Origin: an uncultured Methylomarinum sp.
GTDB taxonomy: Bacteria > Pseudomonadota > Gammaproteobacteria > Methylococcales > Methylomonadaceae
Assembly: GCA_964474415.1 (NCBI GenBank)
Contig: CAYYSO010000001.1
Location: 1-58,270 of the forward strand
Direction of reading: 5' to 3'
DNA length: 58,270 nt
Shown here: piece after piece, positions 21,501 through 30,901 of the stretch
How the letters are laid out: every line of letters begins with the position of its first letter
How positions within the stretch are numbered: position 1 is the stretch's first letter
The notes under the pieces: model-generated
What the model was told of the DNA's origin: nothing
The model's input: only the letters and a program-made list of their open reading frames with translations
Databases searched by the model: none
Made by a program: the position numbers and the translations under genes

Positions 21501-22024
21501 TACAGTTGTTTTCGCCAGAAGTCATCGGTACAGGCTTGTTTGATAGCGGCAATATCGCCGGTTAATTCGCAGTCAAACAATTGCCCACTTTCCAGAGCGT
21601 GTTCCGCCAGTATCCGCTGACAAAATCCGTGAATGGTAAAGATGCTGGCCTGATCAATGTCCAGTAAGGCATTATCCAGGCGTTGTTTGATAACATCAGC
21701 GGCTAATGAGGATCCTTTTAGCCAGTTTAAAACATTGGCATCCACTCCGTTAGTTTCATTATTAAGCGCTTGCCGGGCTTCGGCCAAGCGGCTTCTGATC
21801 CGGGTTTTCAATTCTGCCGTGGCTGCTTTGGTAAAAGTGACAACCAACAACTCTTTAATATCCAACCCCCGCTCCACCACAAACCGAAGTACCAGCATGG
21901 CAATGGCATAGGTCTTGCCGGTACCGGCGCTGGCTTCTATCAGATTAATGCCGGATTTTAATTTCGTAGCCACAGGATCAAAAGTGGCAACCGAGGGTTC
22001 AGGTAAAATCATATCAGTCTGCAT
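18500..22024 (-). CDS. recB: Exodeoxyribonuclease V beta subunit
   Basis: IEASAGTGKT, LIDEFQDTD, IGDPKQAIYKFRGAD, YVAVTRA; nuclease motif GFIDL..DYKSN. Confidence 0.97.
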   Translation of the reverse strand: MQTDMILPEPSVATFDPVATKLKSGINLIEASAGTGKTYAIAMLVLRFVVERGLDIKELLVVTFTKAATAELKTRIRSRLAEARQALNNETNGVDANVLNWLKGSSLAADVIKQRLDNALLDIDQASIFTIHGFCQRILAEHALESGQLFDCELTGDIAAIKQACTDDFWRKQLYLCSPWEVSLLIRDYQTPDSLLQSIDFIDPQQTIIPEYVDPDSLFAALKKQTETASEELNSTLSAIRQAIEEGKFASSYVKNLPDNVDEMMAWLTGQSLVMPSFSMLTTEGLINGLNGSKFRVSKKNPLSSIEQKKQYLQACAINSEPFDRLLATIQQINLNFRRALLQILNDEVDKTLQQLNVLSFDDLIKRLAEALQGDKGHLLITELQQRYKAALIDEFQDTDQNQWFIFSTLFNAASHALYLIGDPKQAIYKFRGADIFSYFTAQQQAQYHFTLDKNWRSHPQLVEAVNQLFQKQRPFLFQQLAFKAVSPALSATDGSLYKNGAQLAPLVLWQLDKNTGKQAFWTAGKAATAIRNGVINEILQLLNEDYRIVTRQGEQRLLPNDIAILVRSNQQARDYQQALIKVGIPAVLNSKESVFASSQAGDLYAVLQALVQPGHIPLLKQALTINWFNMDGQQLYQLGNDEMELDNWISRFQGYQQEWLQNGLMSMMKRLFRQEKVEVNLAGLPQVERILTNLNHLVELLQQAAIDEHLGINKTLDWLHNAMQNEHGTDEQVMRLESDENAVKVITMHSAKGLEYPVVFCPSLWQCSDRLKTEKHIIKCHEQGEMIVDLGSPQFEEHRQLAVEEELAEDLRLFYVAVTRAKYRCYINWADVRTQKTANNSAMAYLLDFAGTDFSGQQKKLQSLSSGKGIAYRLLKTETEANNRYQPLTETTQFSVRQRTRSLFTYWQMSSYTALSALSLHDAPELPEDKADEPQIFNAVTPDYEQLPKGAHTGNVLHDLLEDLSFSAIAAGYDISVQRDKACLRYGLNIEEPELIDQLLQAVVNTSLTNDPGFYLANIPDQHCLKEMPFYLSMQMLDVARINSILQDCPAYQPLSSRQMCGYLTGFIDLICQYEGQYYVMDYKSNSLNNYQQHSLTDAMREHNYGLQYWIYTLVLHQYLQKRLPEYDYESHFGGIKYLFLRGMSADTPESGIYSDRPQLSRIEMLSELFFRN

Positions 22025-25000
22025 TCACAGCCTCCCAAATCGGTAGCAACAGGGTTTGGCACTGTTGTTCAAAATCCTGATTAAAAACCGTCGTGAGTGT
22101 TTCCGGGGTGTTAAATAGCAGTTTGAGTTCAGCTTCATAGGTTTTTTCAATACATTCAGCCATTTTATTTTGGGTGAATAACAGTGGATCGGTCATTTTT
22201 CTATTGCTGGCTTTGGCTTTTGCCGCCTGCTGACAATAGTGAAATGATGCTTCGGTAAAAAACACATCGGGGCGTTGTTGGCCCTGTAGAAACAGCTCAA
22301 TCAATGCCTGCAAAGCGGTATTTTCTTGAGGTTTAAAGCATAAATCATAATCCGAACTAAGCAGCCAGGTATCCTGCTCCAGCATTTGATTAATCAACAG
22401 ATGATGCAGCCAGGCATTGATAAAATCCTTACCTTTAAGTGTGCTATAGCGATAAATCAGACTACCGTTTTGATATAGATGGGTTAATTTACCGGTCAGG
22501 CGCAAACCGCGAAATTCGATATCAATCACTTTGTCCGGCAAGGCTTCGCCCAGGGCTTTACTGCGAATTTGTTCAACAAACTGCTGTATGGCCGGTTGTT
22601 GTCGGACATATTCCAGTTGCCCGGGTGTACCTGGCAACCAACGGCCTTGCGCTTGTAGCTTGGGTAGCGATAACGAACCATCATGCCATTCGCATTCAAT
22701 CCATTCCTGTTGAATACTGTAGTTATCCAAAAAATCCAGCGTAAAAGGTTCGCGTTCCTGCGGTTCCAGTTCCGAACCATGAAAGCGTAGACCTAATTGC
22801 CGCTGCATAAAATAACGCTGTGGATGCCGGAAAAAAGCAAACATCTCGGCAATATCAATCACTTCAGGCTGTTCTACAGCAATTTCTCCCTGCCACCAGG
22901 AAGCTATTTGCGTTTTGTCCTTGTGTAGTTGCATGGCGGTTTCACAATCACTCTGCACATAACTGAACAGCCGTTCATCGCTGTGATCAAAATAACGCAC
23001 ACTGAAAGCCTGTAATGGATGACGGACAATCAAATTGTTCAGTTGATAATTTTCAGCCAGTACGTCCAGCAATTCACTGACAATCACTGACGGAGGGATC
23101 TCATCATTTTGCTGTATGGATTGGCCTATGTAACTGATAATCAATTGTTGCCGTGCCGACAACAGAATTTCCAGAAACTGATAGCGATCATCAGCACGAC
23201 GGGAACGATCTCCGGGGCGGAAGTTCTGACTCATCAAGTCAAATGTGGGCTGACGGTCAAGCTTGGGAAATTCGCTGTCATTCATCCCCAGTAACACGAT
23301 GACTTTGAAGGGAATGGAGCGCATCGGCAACATCGAACAGAAAGTCAGTTGACCGCGTAGAAAACCGTTGGATGATTTACGTTCGGATACCATACCTTCC
23401 AGCCAGCTGATAATGACATCTAGTGACAGCGGCAGCTCGTGCACCGAAGCATAATGTTCGCCCAGATCCAGCAATAATTCATTGAGCTGTTGGCGTTCCA
23501 GCGCATCGGTTTCAGCCAATAGTTCATCGGCATAGCGAAACAATAGCTGACTCCATTCGCTCAAACTTTGGTCGTGCTTCAGTTCATGAGCAGCCTTAAA
23601 CAGCATCTGCAGAAAGTCATGTAAGCCACCCAACGCCTGTGCCGAAGAACCCTCTATATGAATATAAGGCAATACGCCGTTAACAAATGCGTCGTCATTA
23701 CCCACGGCATAGCCCATTAACAATCTATCCAGCGCAGCTTGCCAGGTATTTTCACTGAGCGGTGGCAAATCCAGTTCCTGTTTATGTTCCGCCGATTGTC
23801 CCCAACGAACCCGGGTATCGCTAGTCCAGTAGCGAATCAAATCAAGATCGGCCTCCGACAACTCAAAACGACCATAAACCAGCGGCTGTTCCAGCAAATC
23901 CAGCACCGACTGCCAGCCAAAGCGACTTTGTGATAACCGTAAAAAACGAATAAAAGTATCCAGACAGGTATTGCTCAGGCGCAGACTACGGTCAGCAACC
24001 GCATGTTGAATATCATCGAAAACGGCGGCAATAAATGGCTCATAAACCTGAATATCCGGCGCCATGACCACAATATCGCGCAATTCCAGCTGAGAATCAT
24101 TTTCCAATGCAGCCAGCAACTGATTTTTGATAACTTCCACTTCCCGCATTCGGGAATGGCAGGCATGAATACAGATGGAGCCATCATTCTGTAACGCTAT
24201 ATCAGGTTGCTGATTAGCCAGAATATCGTTTTGCAACTGTTGCAGATTGTTGGGATTATTACTCGCAGGCGTTTCTTCAAAACTGTCCAGCTCTAGCTCA
24301 AATTGCATCTGCTCCAGTATCATTTGTTGAAATTCGCGCCCCTGTTGTCCCAATGTCGACAATAATGGGTGACCGTCAAAATCCTCCAGTTGAGCGCGCA
24401 GTTTTTTACCCGGCACATCGCCCCAGAATACCTGCGCCGGATTCAATAAATAAAAATGTACATCGCAATGGCGCGATAACCCCTGCAAATAATCTAAAAA
24501 CAATGGCGGCAGGCTATGCAGGCCAAAAATGGAAACTCTTTCCGGCAGGTATGGTTGCAAAAATCCGGTTTCAGCATTATTGAATTTATCAATCAAGTCC
24601 AGCCATAAAGCCCCCCGGTGCTTATTTCCTGTGGTTTCAGTGATTTTCTGCCATAAGGCGCGTTGCCAATATTCCGCTGTAGTTCCATACAGTGTCTGTC
24701 CTTGTTGCCAACAGGCCAGCATGTCCGGGCGCATGATCTGGTACTGGTCGAACAGTTGCGAAAGTTGCTGAGCCAGTTGAATGCACTTCAGGGCAATATT
24801 TTCGCCGCTTAAATAATGCTGTAAGGGTTTGAACACATCATCATCCAGATTGCGTAGCACGGCTTCAAAACGCCACAGCATCAGCTGACGATCAAAAGCT
24901 TCATCATTTAAACGAGTGTCCAGTCGTTGTGCCAGCGAGCTGAAAAACTTGCCGGGAAACAGAAATTGGTAATTACCCCATACATTGAATTCGCAGGCCA

Positions 25001-25148
25001 GTTGCTGTGATAACCAGCGCTCCATACCCTGGCTTTGAATTAAAAAAATCTCCTCGGCAAAAGGATTCGATAACGGCGCGTTATCAAGTATTGCAAGCAG
25101 ATGCGCAAATAGATTTTCGGTTTTATTAGAGCTGTGCAGAATAAACAT
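22014..25148 (-). CDS. recC: Exodeoxyribonuclease V gamma subunit
   Basis: HSSNKTENL, QSQGMERWL, FDQYQIMRPD, CHSRMREVE, MLPMRSIPFKVI. Confidence 0.96.
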   Translation of the reverse strand: MFILHSSNKTENLFAHLLAILDNAPLSNPFAEEIFLIQSQGMERWLSQQLACEFNVWGNYQFLFPGKFFSSLAQRLDTRLNDEAFDRQLMLWRFEAVLRNLDDDVFKPLQHYLSGENIALKCIQLAQQLSQLFDQYQIMRPDMLACWQQGQTLYGTTAEYWQRALWQKITETTGNKHRGALWLDLIDKFNNAETGFLQPYLPERVSIFGLHSLPPLFLDYLQGLSRHCDVHFYLLNPAQVFWGDVPGKKLRAQLEDFDGHPLLSTLGQQGREFQQMILEQMQFELELDSFEETPASNNPNNLQQLQNDILANQQPDIALQNDGSICIHACHSRMREVEVIKNQLLAALENDSQLELRDIVVMAPDIQVYEPFIAAVFDDIQHAVADRSLRLSNTCLDTFIRFLRLSQSRFGWQSVLDLLEQPLVYGRFELSEADLDLIRYWTSDTRVRWGQSAEHKQELDLPPLSENTWQAALDRLLMGYAVGNDDAFVNGVLPYIHIEGSSAQALGGLHDFLQMLFKAAHELKHDQSLSEWSQLLFRYADELLAETDALERQQLNELLLDLGEHYASVHELPLSLDVIISWLEGMVSERKSSNGFLRGQLTFCSMLPMRSIPFKVIVLLGMNDSEFPKLDRQPTFDLMSQNFRPGDRSRRADDRYQFLEILLSARQQLIISYIGQSIQQNDEIPPSVIVSELLDVLAENYQLNNLIVRHPLQAFSVRYFDHSDERLFSYVQSDCETAMQLHKDKTQIASWWQGEIAVEQPEVIDIAEMFAFFRHPQRYFMQRQLGLRFHGSELEPQEREPFTLDFLDNYSIQQEWIECEWHDGSLSLPKLQAQGRWLPGTPGQLEYVRQQPAIQQFVEQIRSKALGEALPDKVIDIEFRGLRLTGKLTHLYQNGSLIYRYSTLKGKDFINAWLHHLLINQMLEQDTWLLSSDYDLCFKPQENTALQALIELFLQGQQRPDVFFTEASFHYCQQAAKAKASNRKMTDPLLFTQNKMAECIEKTYEAELKLLFNTPETLTTVFNQDFEQQCQTLLLPIWEAVNAD

Positions 25149-25303
25149 GGAAAACGAGAATTTTTAAAGGCATTATATATTTCGCGAGATGTATTTGCGG
25201 TTTTGTGCGGATTCAGTATACAGAAGATGCAAAAGCGCAAAAAGTAACGTTCTGGCTGATTTTTTATCAGCGTCCATGCCGCAAATCGGTCGCGCTATGT
25301 ATA

Positions 25304-25822
25304 TCATTGTTGTCGGCGATGATATACCCATACCTGTTGAATAAAACTTTCCCACAAATTGGCATCAGCCAGCCTGTCTTCCTCTTCCAGAGGCATCAAG
25401 GGGAAATGTTGTTTGATATATTGAGCAAATAGGCCCATACCGGTACGCTGAAATGCATTGTCGCGGTAGACTTTGACGCCCGCCATGCCACAACTGGGCG
25501 AATTCTTTTTTAAAATATAACCGCTTAAGCCCGCCAACCAGTCATGCTGTTGTTGACAACAATTCTGCAGCGATTCGGTAACATCCAGTTTATGATTTTC
25601 TCTGCCAACACAGCGTATGCCCTGCTCTGTTTCTCGCAGTTGTACTGGCGACCGGGGAACGCCCATGCCACTGGCCACTTCCGGGCAGAATTTTTGTAAC
25701 TGAAATAGCTGCCCCAGTGTTTGTTCAATGCACCTGCTACGCTTATGACCGCCGTCATAGCGAACCTCGTCGCCTAACAAACAACTGCTGATACCGATGG
25801 TTATTTTATTCTCAGCGCTCAT
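25304..25822 (-). CDS. DUF523 / 2-thiouracil desulfurase-family Fe-S protein
   Basis: GISSCLLG..VRYDGG, FCPEV..GMGVPR, KNSPSCG. Confidence 0.88.
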   Translation of the reverse strand: MSAENKITIGISSCLLGDEVRYDGGHKRSRCIEQTLGQLFQLQKFCPEVASGMGVPRSPVQLRETEQGIRCVGRENHKLDVTESLQNCCQQQHDWLAGLSGYILKKNSPSCGMAGVKVYRDNAFQRTGMGLFAQYIKQHFPLMPLEEEDRLADANLWESFIQQVWVYHRRQQ

Positions 25823-25828
25823 TTGTTG

Positions 25829-26278
25829 CTATTGCGATAAATTCATTTTTTCTTTAATCACCTCGACCCGTTTACGATTGACACCAAAGTCATAATAACC
25901 GGTTCGAGATGCTGAACGCAGATGAATGACTTGCTGCTGTTTATCGAACCGGGCTTCCAGATCGTCAATAAAACCCAACCATTTTGAATAAAATTCAGCC
26001 CGTAAATAGGTATCCGTCTTATCAATAATACGACCGCCCTGTGCGCTAATGATTTTTTGCAACACAGACCAGGTATGATCTGAATCATGATTGTTTAGCG
26101 GCCATGCATATACAGGATTATTTTCGCTGCAAATACAATTAGGTGTGTCTGGACAGGGTTTAAGTTTACCCTGACTTAGCCCTAATGATGGAGCACTATG
26201 GGAAAGACGGACCATAGCCAGAAAAGATAATGGCAGTAATGCTGCTAATATAGAATATAGACGTGGCGCTTTTTTCAT
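25829..26278 (-). CDS. DUF1499-domain protein
   Basis: N-terminal TM, LKPCPDTPNCICS, GFIDDLE, RSASRTGYYDFGVNRKRVE. Confidence 0.9.
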   Translation of the reverse strand: MKKAPRLYSILAALLPLSFLAMVRLSHSAPSLGLSQGKLKPCPDTPNCICSENNPVYAWPLNNHDSDHTWSVLQKIISAQGGRIIDKTDTYLRAEFYSKWLGFIDDLEARFDKQQQVIHLRSASRTGYYDFGVNRKRVEVIKEKMNLSQ

Positions 26279-26417
26279 TATTTCGGTTCCGTAGTTTTTT
26301 GCGTTTCAGCTTATCAGTAGTAAAGATAAAAGCAACCGGAAATGAGACAAAAAACAGCTACGACAAGACAATGAATATGCTAATCTGCAGAGAAGGGTTT
26401 GCTATAGGTCGGCAGAT

Positions 26418-28283
26418 ATGAAAAAAAATATTTTTTTGTTGCTGTTACTGCTATTGATTGCTGTTGTAGCACTTTTGGGAGTGCAAAGCTTTATGCAGAC
26501 TCAGACCCAACTTATCTTATTATCCAAGCAAAACCAGAAGGACAAGCTTATCGCTCTGTTCGATAATTTTATTATGAGTCGAAGCTGGAATAACAAAATA
26601 GGCCGCGTGTTTGTTCAACAACAGAAAGGTATTCAGCCTAAGCCTTATTTGCAAAATAACCATCTTTACACCGTAGATGGTGAATTATTAATTAACGTCA
26701 ATCCTTCCTGGATAATGCGTCAAATCATTGAAATGGGCGGACATAAAAAAGGCTATCAATTTAATATCACCAGTTTGGTTCCCCTTAACCCTGAAAATAA
26801 AGCTGATGACTTCGAAACTAAGGCATTAATTTATCTGCAGAGCCACAAGGACAATCCCTATTATTTCCACTTTGCCGATGGGTTTGCGCGGCTGGACTTC
26901 ATGGGGGCATTAACTGTTACCCAGGAATGTTTGAAATGTCATGGCAAACAGGGGTATCAGAATGGTGATGTTCATGGAGGAATCCGTATTAGTGTGCCGA
27001 CGGAATTACTGCAACAACAAATTCAGCAGATTAAATATCAAACCCGGCAGACAGTTACAACAATTATCGCTATCGTTGTGCTAATTTTTATACTTATCTG
27101 CTGGCTGACTAATTCCATTTTTAAACGCCATAAAGAAATCCATAATCTAAATGACTCATTAAACAATAAAGTCACACAAAGAACTCGTAGCCTGCAGGTA
27201 ACACAAAAACAGCTGACAGATGAATTGCAGTTTCAGAAAATGCGGGCTGAACTCTACAATTTATTAATTAGCAGTGATTGCAGCCAGGATCAATTGAGAA
27301 TAAAAATTTTAAACAACGCTCGTCAATTATTAGACAGTCCTTTTGCATTAGCTGGAGATATTGACCCGCTGAATGCAGATTTGTTGTGTCAATATACAAC
27401 ACATAAGCAAGGTGGCGATAAAAACAGCATTGTTCTGCCTGCCGATAATAATGGACACTACCCCAAGTTGTGGGGCCATACATTGCATACTTTGCAGGCT
27501 TTTAACAATAACCAGCCGGTTAAACAATGGTTGCCTGGAAGCATGTTACACTGGAAGATACACTTGGATAGGGTATTGAGTGTGCCGGTTATGTTTAATG
27601 ATAATCTGGTTGGCCAGCTTGCAGTCGCTAATAAGGTCAATGATTATACTGCTCGTGATTCCAAATTACTTCAGCGGCTGGCTAATTTTTATGCATTGAG
27701 TATGCATTTTTTAAGGACTGAAGCTGATCTAAAATTAACCCGTAAAAAGGAGCAGCAGTATCTTAAAGAGGTCAAGCGCCTTTCTATTACCGACCCGTTA
27801 ACATCGTTATATAATCGTCGACACTTCAAGGAGCTTTTTGTCAGGCGTCTGAACTCGGCTAAACGATTAAAGCTGTATTTTGGCCTGATGATTATTGATA
27901 TTGATCATTTCAAATTGTATAACGATCATTACGGGCATTTGGAAGGTGATAGAGCCTTGATTTCGACAGCGCAAATGATTAGCCAACAAATGCGACGCAG
28001 CACTGAACAGGCTTTCCGTGTGGGTGGCGAAGAGTTCAGCTGTCTGATTTTATCAGAAAAAAGAAAAGATATTGTGCATCTGGCTGAATCAATCAGACTG
28101 GCAGTCAAGGAAAGTAAAATTGAACATCTGGCTAATCCACCCAGTCAAATTCTGACCGTTTCAGTAGGCCTTGAAATCGTGTCAGGTCATCAAGATATGA
28201 CCTTTGACACTATTTATAAAGCGGCTGATGATGCCTTGTATCAGGCAAAGGACCAGGGTCGGGATCAGGTATGTATTGCATAA
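26418..28283 (+). CDS. Membrane diguanylate cyclase: periplasmic DUF3365-type heme-c domain, GAF, GGDEF
   Basis: TM, SLVPLNPENKADDFE, CLKCH, second TM, GAF (LSVPVMFNDNLVGQLAVAN), TDPLT, DIDHFKLYND, RVGGEEF. Confidence 0.9.
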   Translation: MKKNIFLLLLLLLIAVVALLGVQSFMQTQTQLILLSKQNQKDKLIALFDNFIMSRSWNNKIGRVFVQQQKGIQPKPYLQNNHLYTVDGELLINVNPSWIMRQIIEMGGHKKGYQFNITSLVPLNPENKADDFETKALIYLQSHKDNPYYFHFADGFARLDFMGALTVTQECLKCHGKQGYQNGDVHGGIRISVPTELLQQQIQQIKYQTRQTVTTIIAIVVLIFILICWLTNSIFKRHKEIHNLNDSLNNKVTQRTRSLQVTQKQLTDELQFQKMRAELYNLLISSDCSQDQLRIKILNNARQLLDSPFALAGDIDPLNADLLCQYTTHKQGGDKNSIVLPADNNGHYPKLWGHTLHTLQAFNNNQPVKQWLPGSMLHWKIHLDRVLSVPVMFNDNLVGQLAVANKVNDYTARDSKLLQRLANFYALSMHFLRTEADLKLTRKKEQQYLKEVKRLSITDPLTSLYNRRHFKELFVRRLNSAKRLKLYFGLMIIDIDHFKLYNDHYGHLEGDRALISTAQMISQQMRRSTEQAFRVGGEEFSCLILSEKRKDIVHLAESIRLAVKESKIEHLANPPSQILTVSVGLEIVSGHQDMTFDTIYKAADDALYQAKDQGRDQVCIA

Positions 28284-28346
28284 CTGTTAAAGTAAACGTT
28301 CCTTAGTCAACAGGTAATCATTTATTTTGTATAGAGGAGGACAGTG

Positions 28347-28700
28347 ATGGGCTGCTGTGATGACCCAACCGAACCAGTAAAAATCAATCGTAGCGATCTG
28401 GTGCAAATCCAGGAACAATACGGAAACCTGCAACGGGAGCTGTTTACCGGCGATCCTGAAAAAGTAATGCTTAAACAGTTACGTAACGCTACTGTTTATT
28501 TGCGTGAGTTGGCGGCACTACACGCGCATTACGATTCCGTTCGTAAACAGGCGATTGAATTACTAGACAAAAAGAGTATTTCAGTTCTTGAGAGAGTGAT
28601 TGCAGCGGAAGACGATAATGAAATAGGGTCGGCGGCAAAGCAACGCTTACAAGCGCTTGAAAATAACAAGGGGTTATTTGGACATTTGTTTAAGGACTAA
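28347..28700 (+). CDS. Hypothetical helical protein with N-terminal GCCDD motif
   Basis: Strong SD GAGGAGG; clean 117-aa ORF with HEAT-like C-terminus. Confidence 0.7.
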   Translation: MGCCDDPTEPVKINRSDLVQIQEQYGNLQRELFTGDPEKVMLKQLRNATVYLRELAALHAHYDSVRKQAIELLDKKSISVLERVIAAEDDNEIGSAAKQRLQALENNKGLFGHLFKD

Positions 28701-28742
28701 GAAACTGAGCTGATTGCGATACAGCACAACGTACTTCGGTTG

Positions 28743-28913
28743 TTAAAATTTATTGAACTCAATGGTTTCCTCCTCATCAATTTCCACGGACGCTTGTTGC
28801 TGGTGCAACCAGGAGCTGCCGACTATAAACGTCATTGCAATAATATAGATGATTGATGCAATGCGTTTAGCTTTTTTGACGCCTGCTTCCTGCGTCCTGT
28901 CTTCGTTACTCAT
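28743..28913 (-). CDS. Small single-TM hypothetical protein (56 aa)
   Basis: GAGG SD; MSNEDRTQEAGVKKAKRIASIIYIIAMTFIVGSSW... with basic-TM-acidic organisation. Confidence 0.6.
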   Translation of the reverse strand: MSNEDRTQEAGVKKAKRIASIIYIIAMTFIVGSSWLHQQQASVEIDEEETIEFNKF

Positions 28914-29119
28914 TACAACTGCCTCAATTATTAAAATAATAATCAATTATATCCTTGTAGCAACAGCTTTTTAATTTAAAAGATGCCCCTTTTATATTAC
29001 CCTCGAACATCACAGCGTTTTTAACTGCTGATTAATGGCTGGAACAGCTGGCGGAATAGGTGGAAATATCAGCTATGACACTATGGAATTATGGTTAAAA
29101 ATCCCAAGGGGAGATAATC

Positions 29120-29266
29120 TCAAACGAGATTGAGTGGACTTTTTTTATGTTCCATTTGTTCCAAAGCAACCAATATAAAATTAACCCCGGCCAGCGCGAT
29201 AAATAAGGGAATTGCAATTATTAAGCTGATTATCCAGATTAAAGCAAGATTGGATTGTTTTTTCAT
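29120..29266 (-). CDS. Small single-TM hypothetical protein (48 aa, below the ORF-track cutoff)
   Basis: MKKQSNLALIWIISLIIAIPLFIALAGVNFILVALEQMEHKKSPLNLV*; AGGTG upstream of the ATG. Confidence 0.5.
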   Translation of the reverse strand: MKKQSNLALIWIISLIIAIPLFIALAGVNFILVALEQMEHKKSPLNLV

Positions 29267-29281
29267 TGATTACACCTGTTT

Positions 29282-29461
29282 CTATGCGGCCATAGCTTGT
29301 TCATATTCATCCAGCTTTATACAGTTACGCTGCCGCCGCTGGGACCGTTTAACGTTGTTTTCAGATGCTGAAGCCGGTGTATTTAGAAAGGCTATAACTT
29401 CCGGACTTAAGGCTGTATCAGCACCTAGATATTCCTCATATATAACTGTTTTTCTCATCAT
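29282..29461 (-). CDS. Small hypothetical protein (59 aa, below the ORF-track cutoff)
   Basis: MMRKTVIYEEYLGADTALSPEVIAFLNTPAS...KLDEYEQAMAA*; ends 15 nt before the next small ORF. Confidence 0.4.
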   Translation of the reverse strand: MMRKTVIYEEYLGADTALSPEVIAFLNTPASASENNVKRSQRRQRNCIKLDEYEQAMAA

Positions 29462-29603
29462 CAGTATTACAAATAATTGTTGGAAATATTACAAAATATG
29501 ACTATCTCATTTTTTTAAAAGTTCATTATGCGGTCTTAATGTTAAAAAAAGATGACAAAAACGTTTGGCAATATGCAGTAACTGATACTTGATCAATGTT
29601 TTT

Positions 29604-30692
29604 CTAGGAGGCCATCTTGACAATCTGTCTTTTCGCACCCCACATCCCGGGCTTAGCTTCAAAAACACCAGCACATCGTGTCCCGCAGTTTTTACAACAA
29701 CCCTGCTCGTCAAGATTCCAATCCGATAATTCATACCAGTCACGACCGATCAATAATTCACCGCATTGATGACAATAACTACTATCCGCAACTTTATTAT
29801 GTACATTACCTACATAAGCATAACGAACGCCATTCTTTAAAGCGATGCTACGAGCCATCAATAATGAACTGGTTGCTGTGTGTGGCTTATCACGCATTTT
29901 CCAGTCTGGGTGAAAGGCAGAAAAATGCATGGGAACATCAGCCCCCAAGTTTTCTACGACCCATTGTGTCATAGCATCAAGCTCCTGTTCAGAATCATTT
30001 TCACCGGGAATAATCAGTGTGGTCAGCTCCAGCCAGACATCCGTTTCGTGCTTGATGTATTGCAGGGTTTCCAATACAGGCTGTAAATGTGCGCCAGTAA
30101 TTTTGTGGTAAAATTTTTCTGAAAAGGCTTTTAGATCAATATTGGCGGCATCCATTAATGCGTAAAATTCTATCCGCGGTTCTGCACAGATATATCCGGC
30201 CGAAACAGCAACAGATTTAATATTCATTTCTCTACAGGCCTGCGCTGTATCAATCGCATATTCATGAAAAACCACCGGATCGTTATAGGTATAGGCAACG
30301 CTTTTACACCCTGCTTCGGCAGCGGCCTTGGCAATCGTTTCCGGTGTTGCCTGACTCATTAATGCATCCATTTCCCGGGATTTGCTGATATCCCAATTCT
30401 GACAAAATTTGCAGGCCAGGTTGCAACCGGCGGTTCCAAATGAAAAAACAGCTGATCCCGGATAAAAATGATTCAGCGGTTTTTTTTCAATCGGGTCTAT
30501 ACAAAAACCGCTGGAGCGACCATAGCTGGTCATGACAATCTGCTGATTCAGGTTTTGTCTGACAAAACAAAGACCTCTCTGATTCTCGTGTAATTTACAA
30601 AAACGTGGACATAAATCACACTGAATGCGACCATCATCCAAACCATGCCAATATTGTGTGGCTACAGTATTTTTGTTAACCAATGTATGCAT
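29604..30692 (-). CDS. amrS: AmmeMemoRadiSam system radical SAM enzyme
   Basis: CDLCPRFC, IDPIEKKPLNHFYPG, GCNLACKFCQNWDIS, AYTYNDP, YVGNVH. Confidence 0.95.
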   Translation of the reverse strand: MHTLVNKNTVATQYWHGLDDGRIQCDLCPRFCKLHENQRGLCFVRQNLNQQIVMTSYGRSSGFCIDPIEKKPLNHFYPGSAVFSFGTAGCNLACKFCQNWDISKSREMDALMSQATPETIAKAAAEAGCKSVAYTYNDPVVFHEYAIDTAQACREMNIKSVAVSAGYICAEPRIEFYALMDAANIDLKAFSEKFYHKITGAHLQPVLETLQYIKHETDVWLELTTLIIPGENDSEQELDAMTQWVVENLGADVPMHFSAFHPDWKMRDKPHTATSSLLMARSIALKNGVRYAYVGNVHNKVADSSYCHQCGELLIGRDWYELSDWNLDEQGCCKNCGTRCAGVFEAKPGMWGAKRQIVKMAS

Positions 30693-30771
30693 AATATTCA
30701 CTTGTATTTTGTACAAAATAACCTATAACTTTACTATGGATTGTTTTTTGTCTATAAAGTGCCGATATTTT

Positions 30772-30880
30772 CTAGGAGCCTGTCCGAGAACAGGAGTCGT
30801 AGCGAGGGAAAGCTGTTTTCAGTCAGATTTTTTGTTCATTTGAGACGAATAGTTGTTCTATTTAACGAAAATGAAAACCC
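30772..30880. repeat. Possible truncated MITE end
   Basis: Begins CTAGGAGCCTGTCCGAGAA, which resembles an IS-like terminus; no matching inverted end found. Confidence 0.3.
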
Positions 30881-30901
30881 GATATAAAGAGGGGGAATGT
30901 T

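Noticed and set aside
29130-29501. 123-aa plus-strand ORF
   Set aside because: No motif or convincing start; the two minus-strand small ORFs explain the region better
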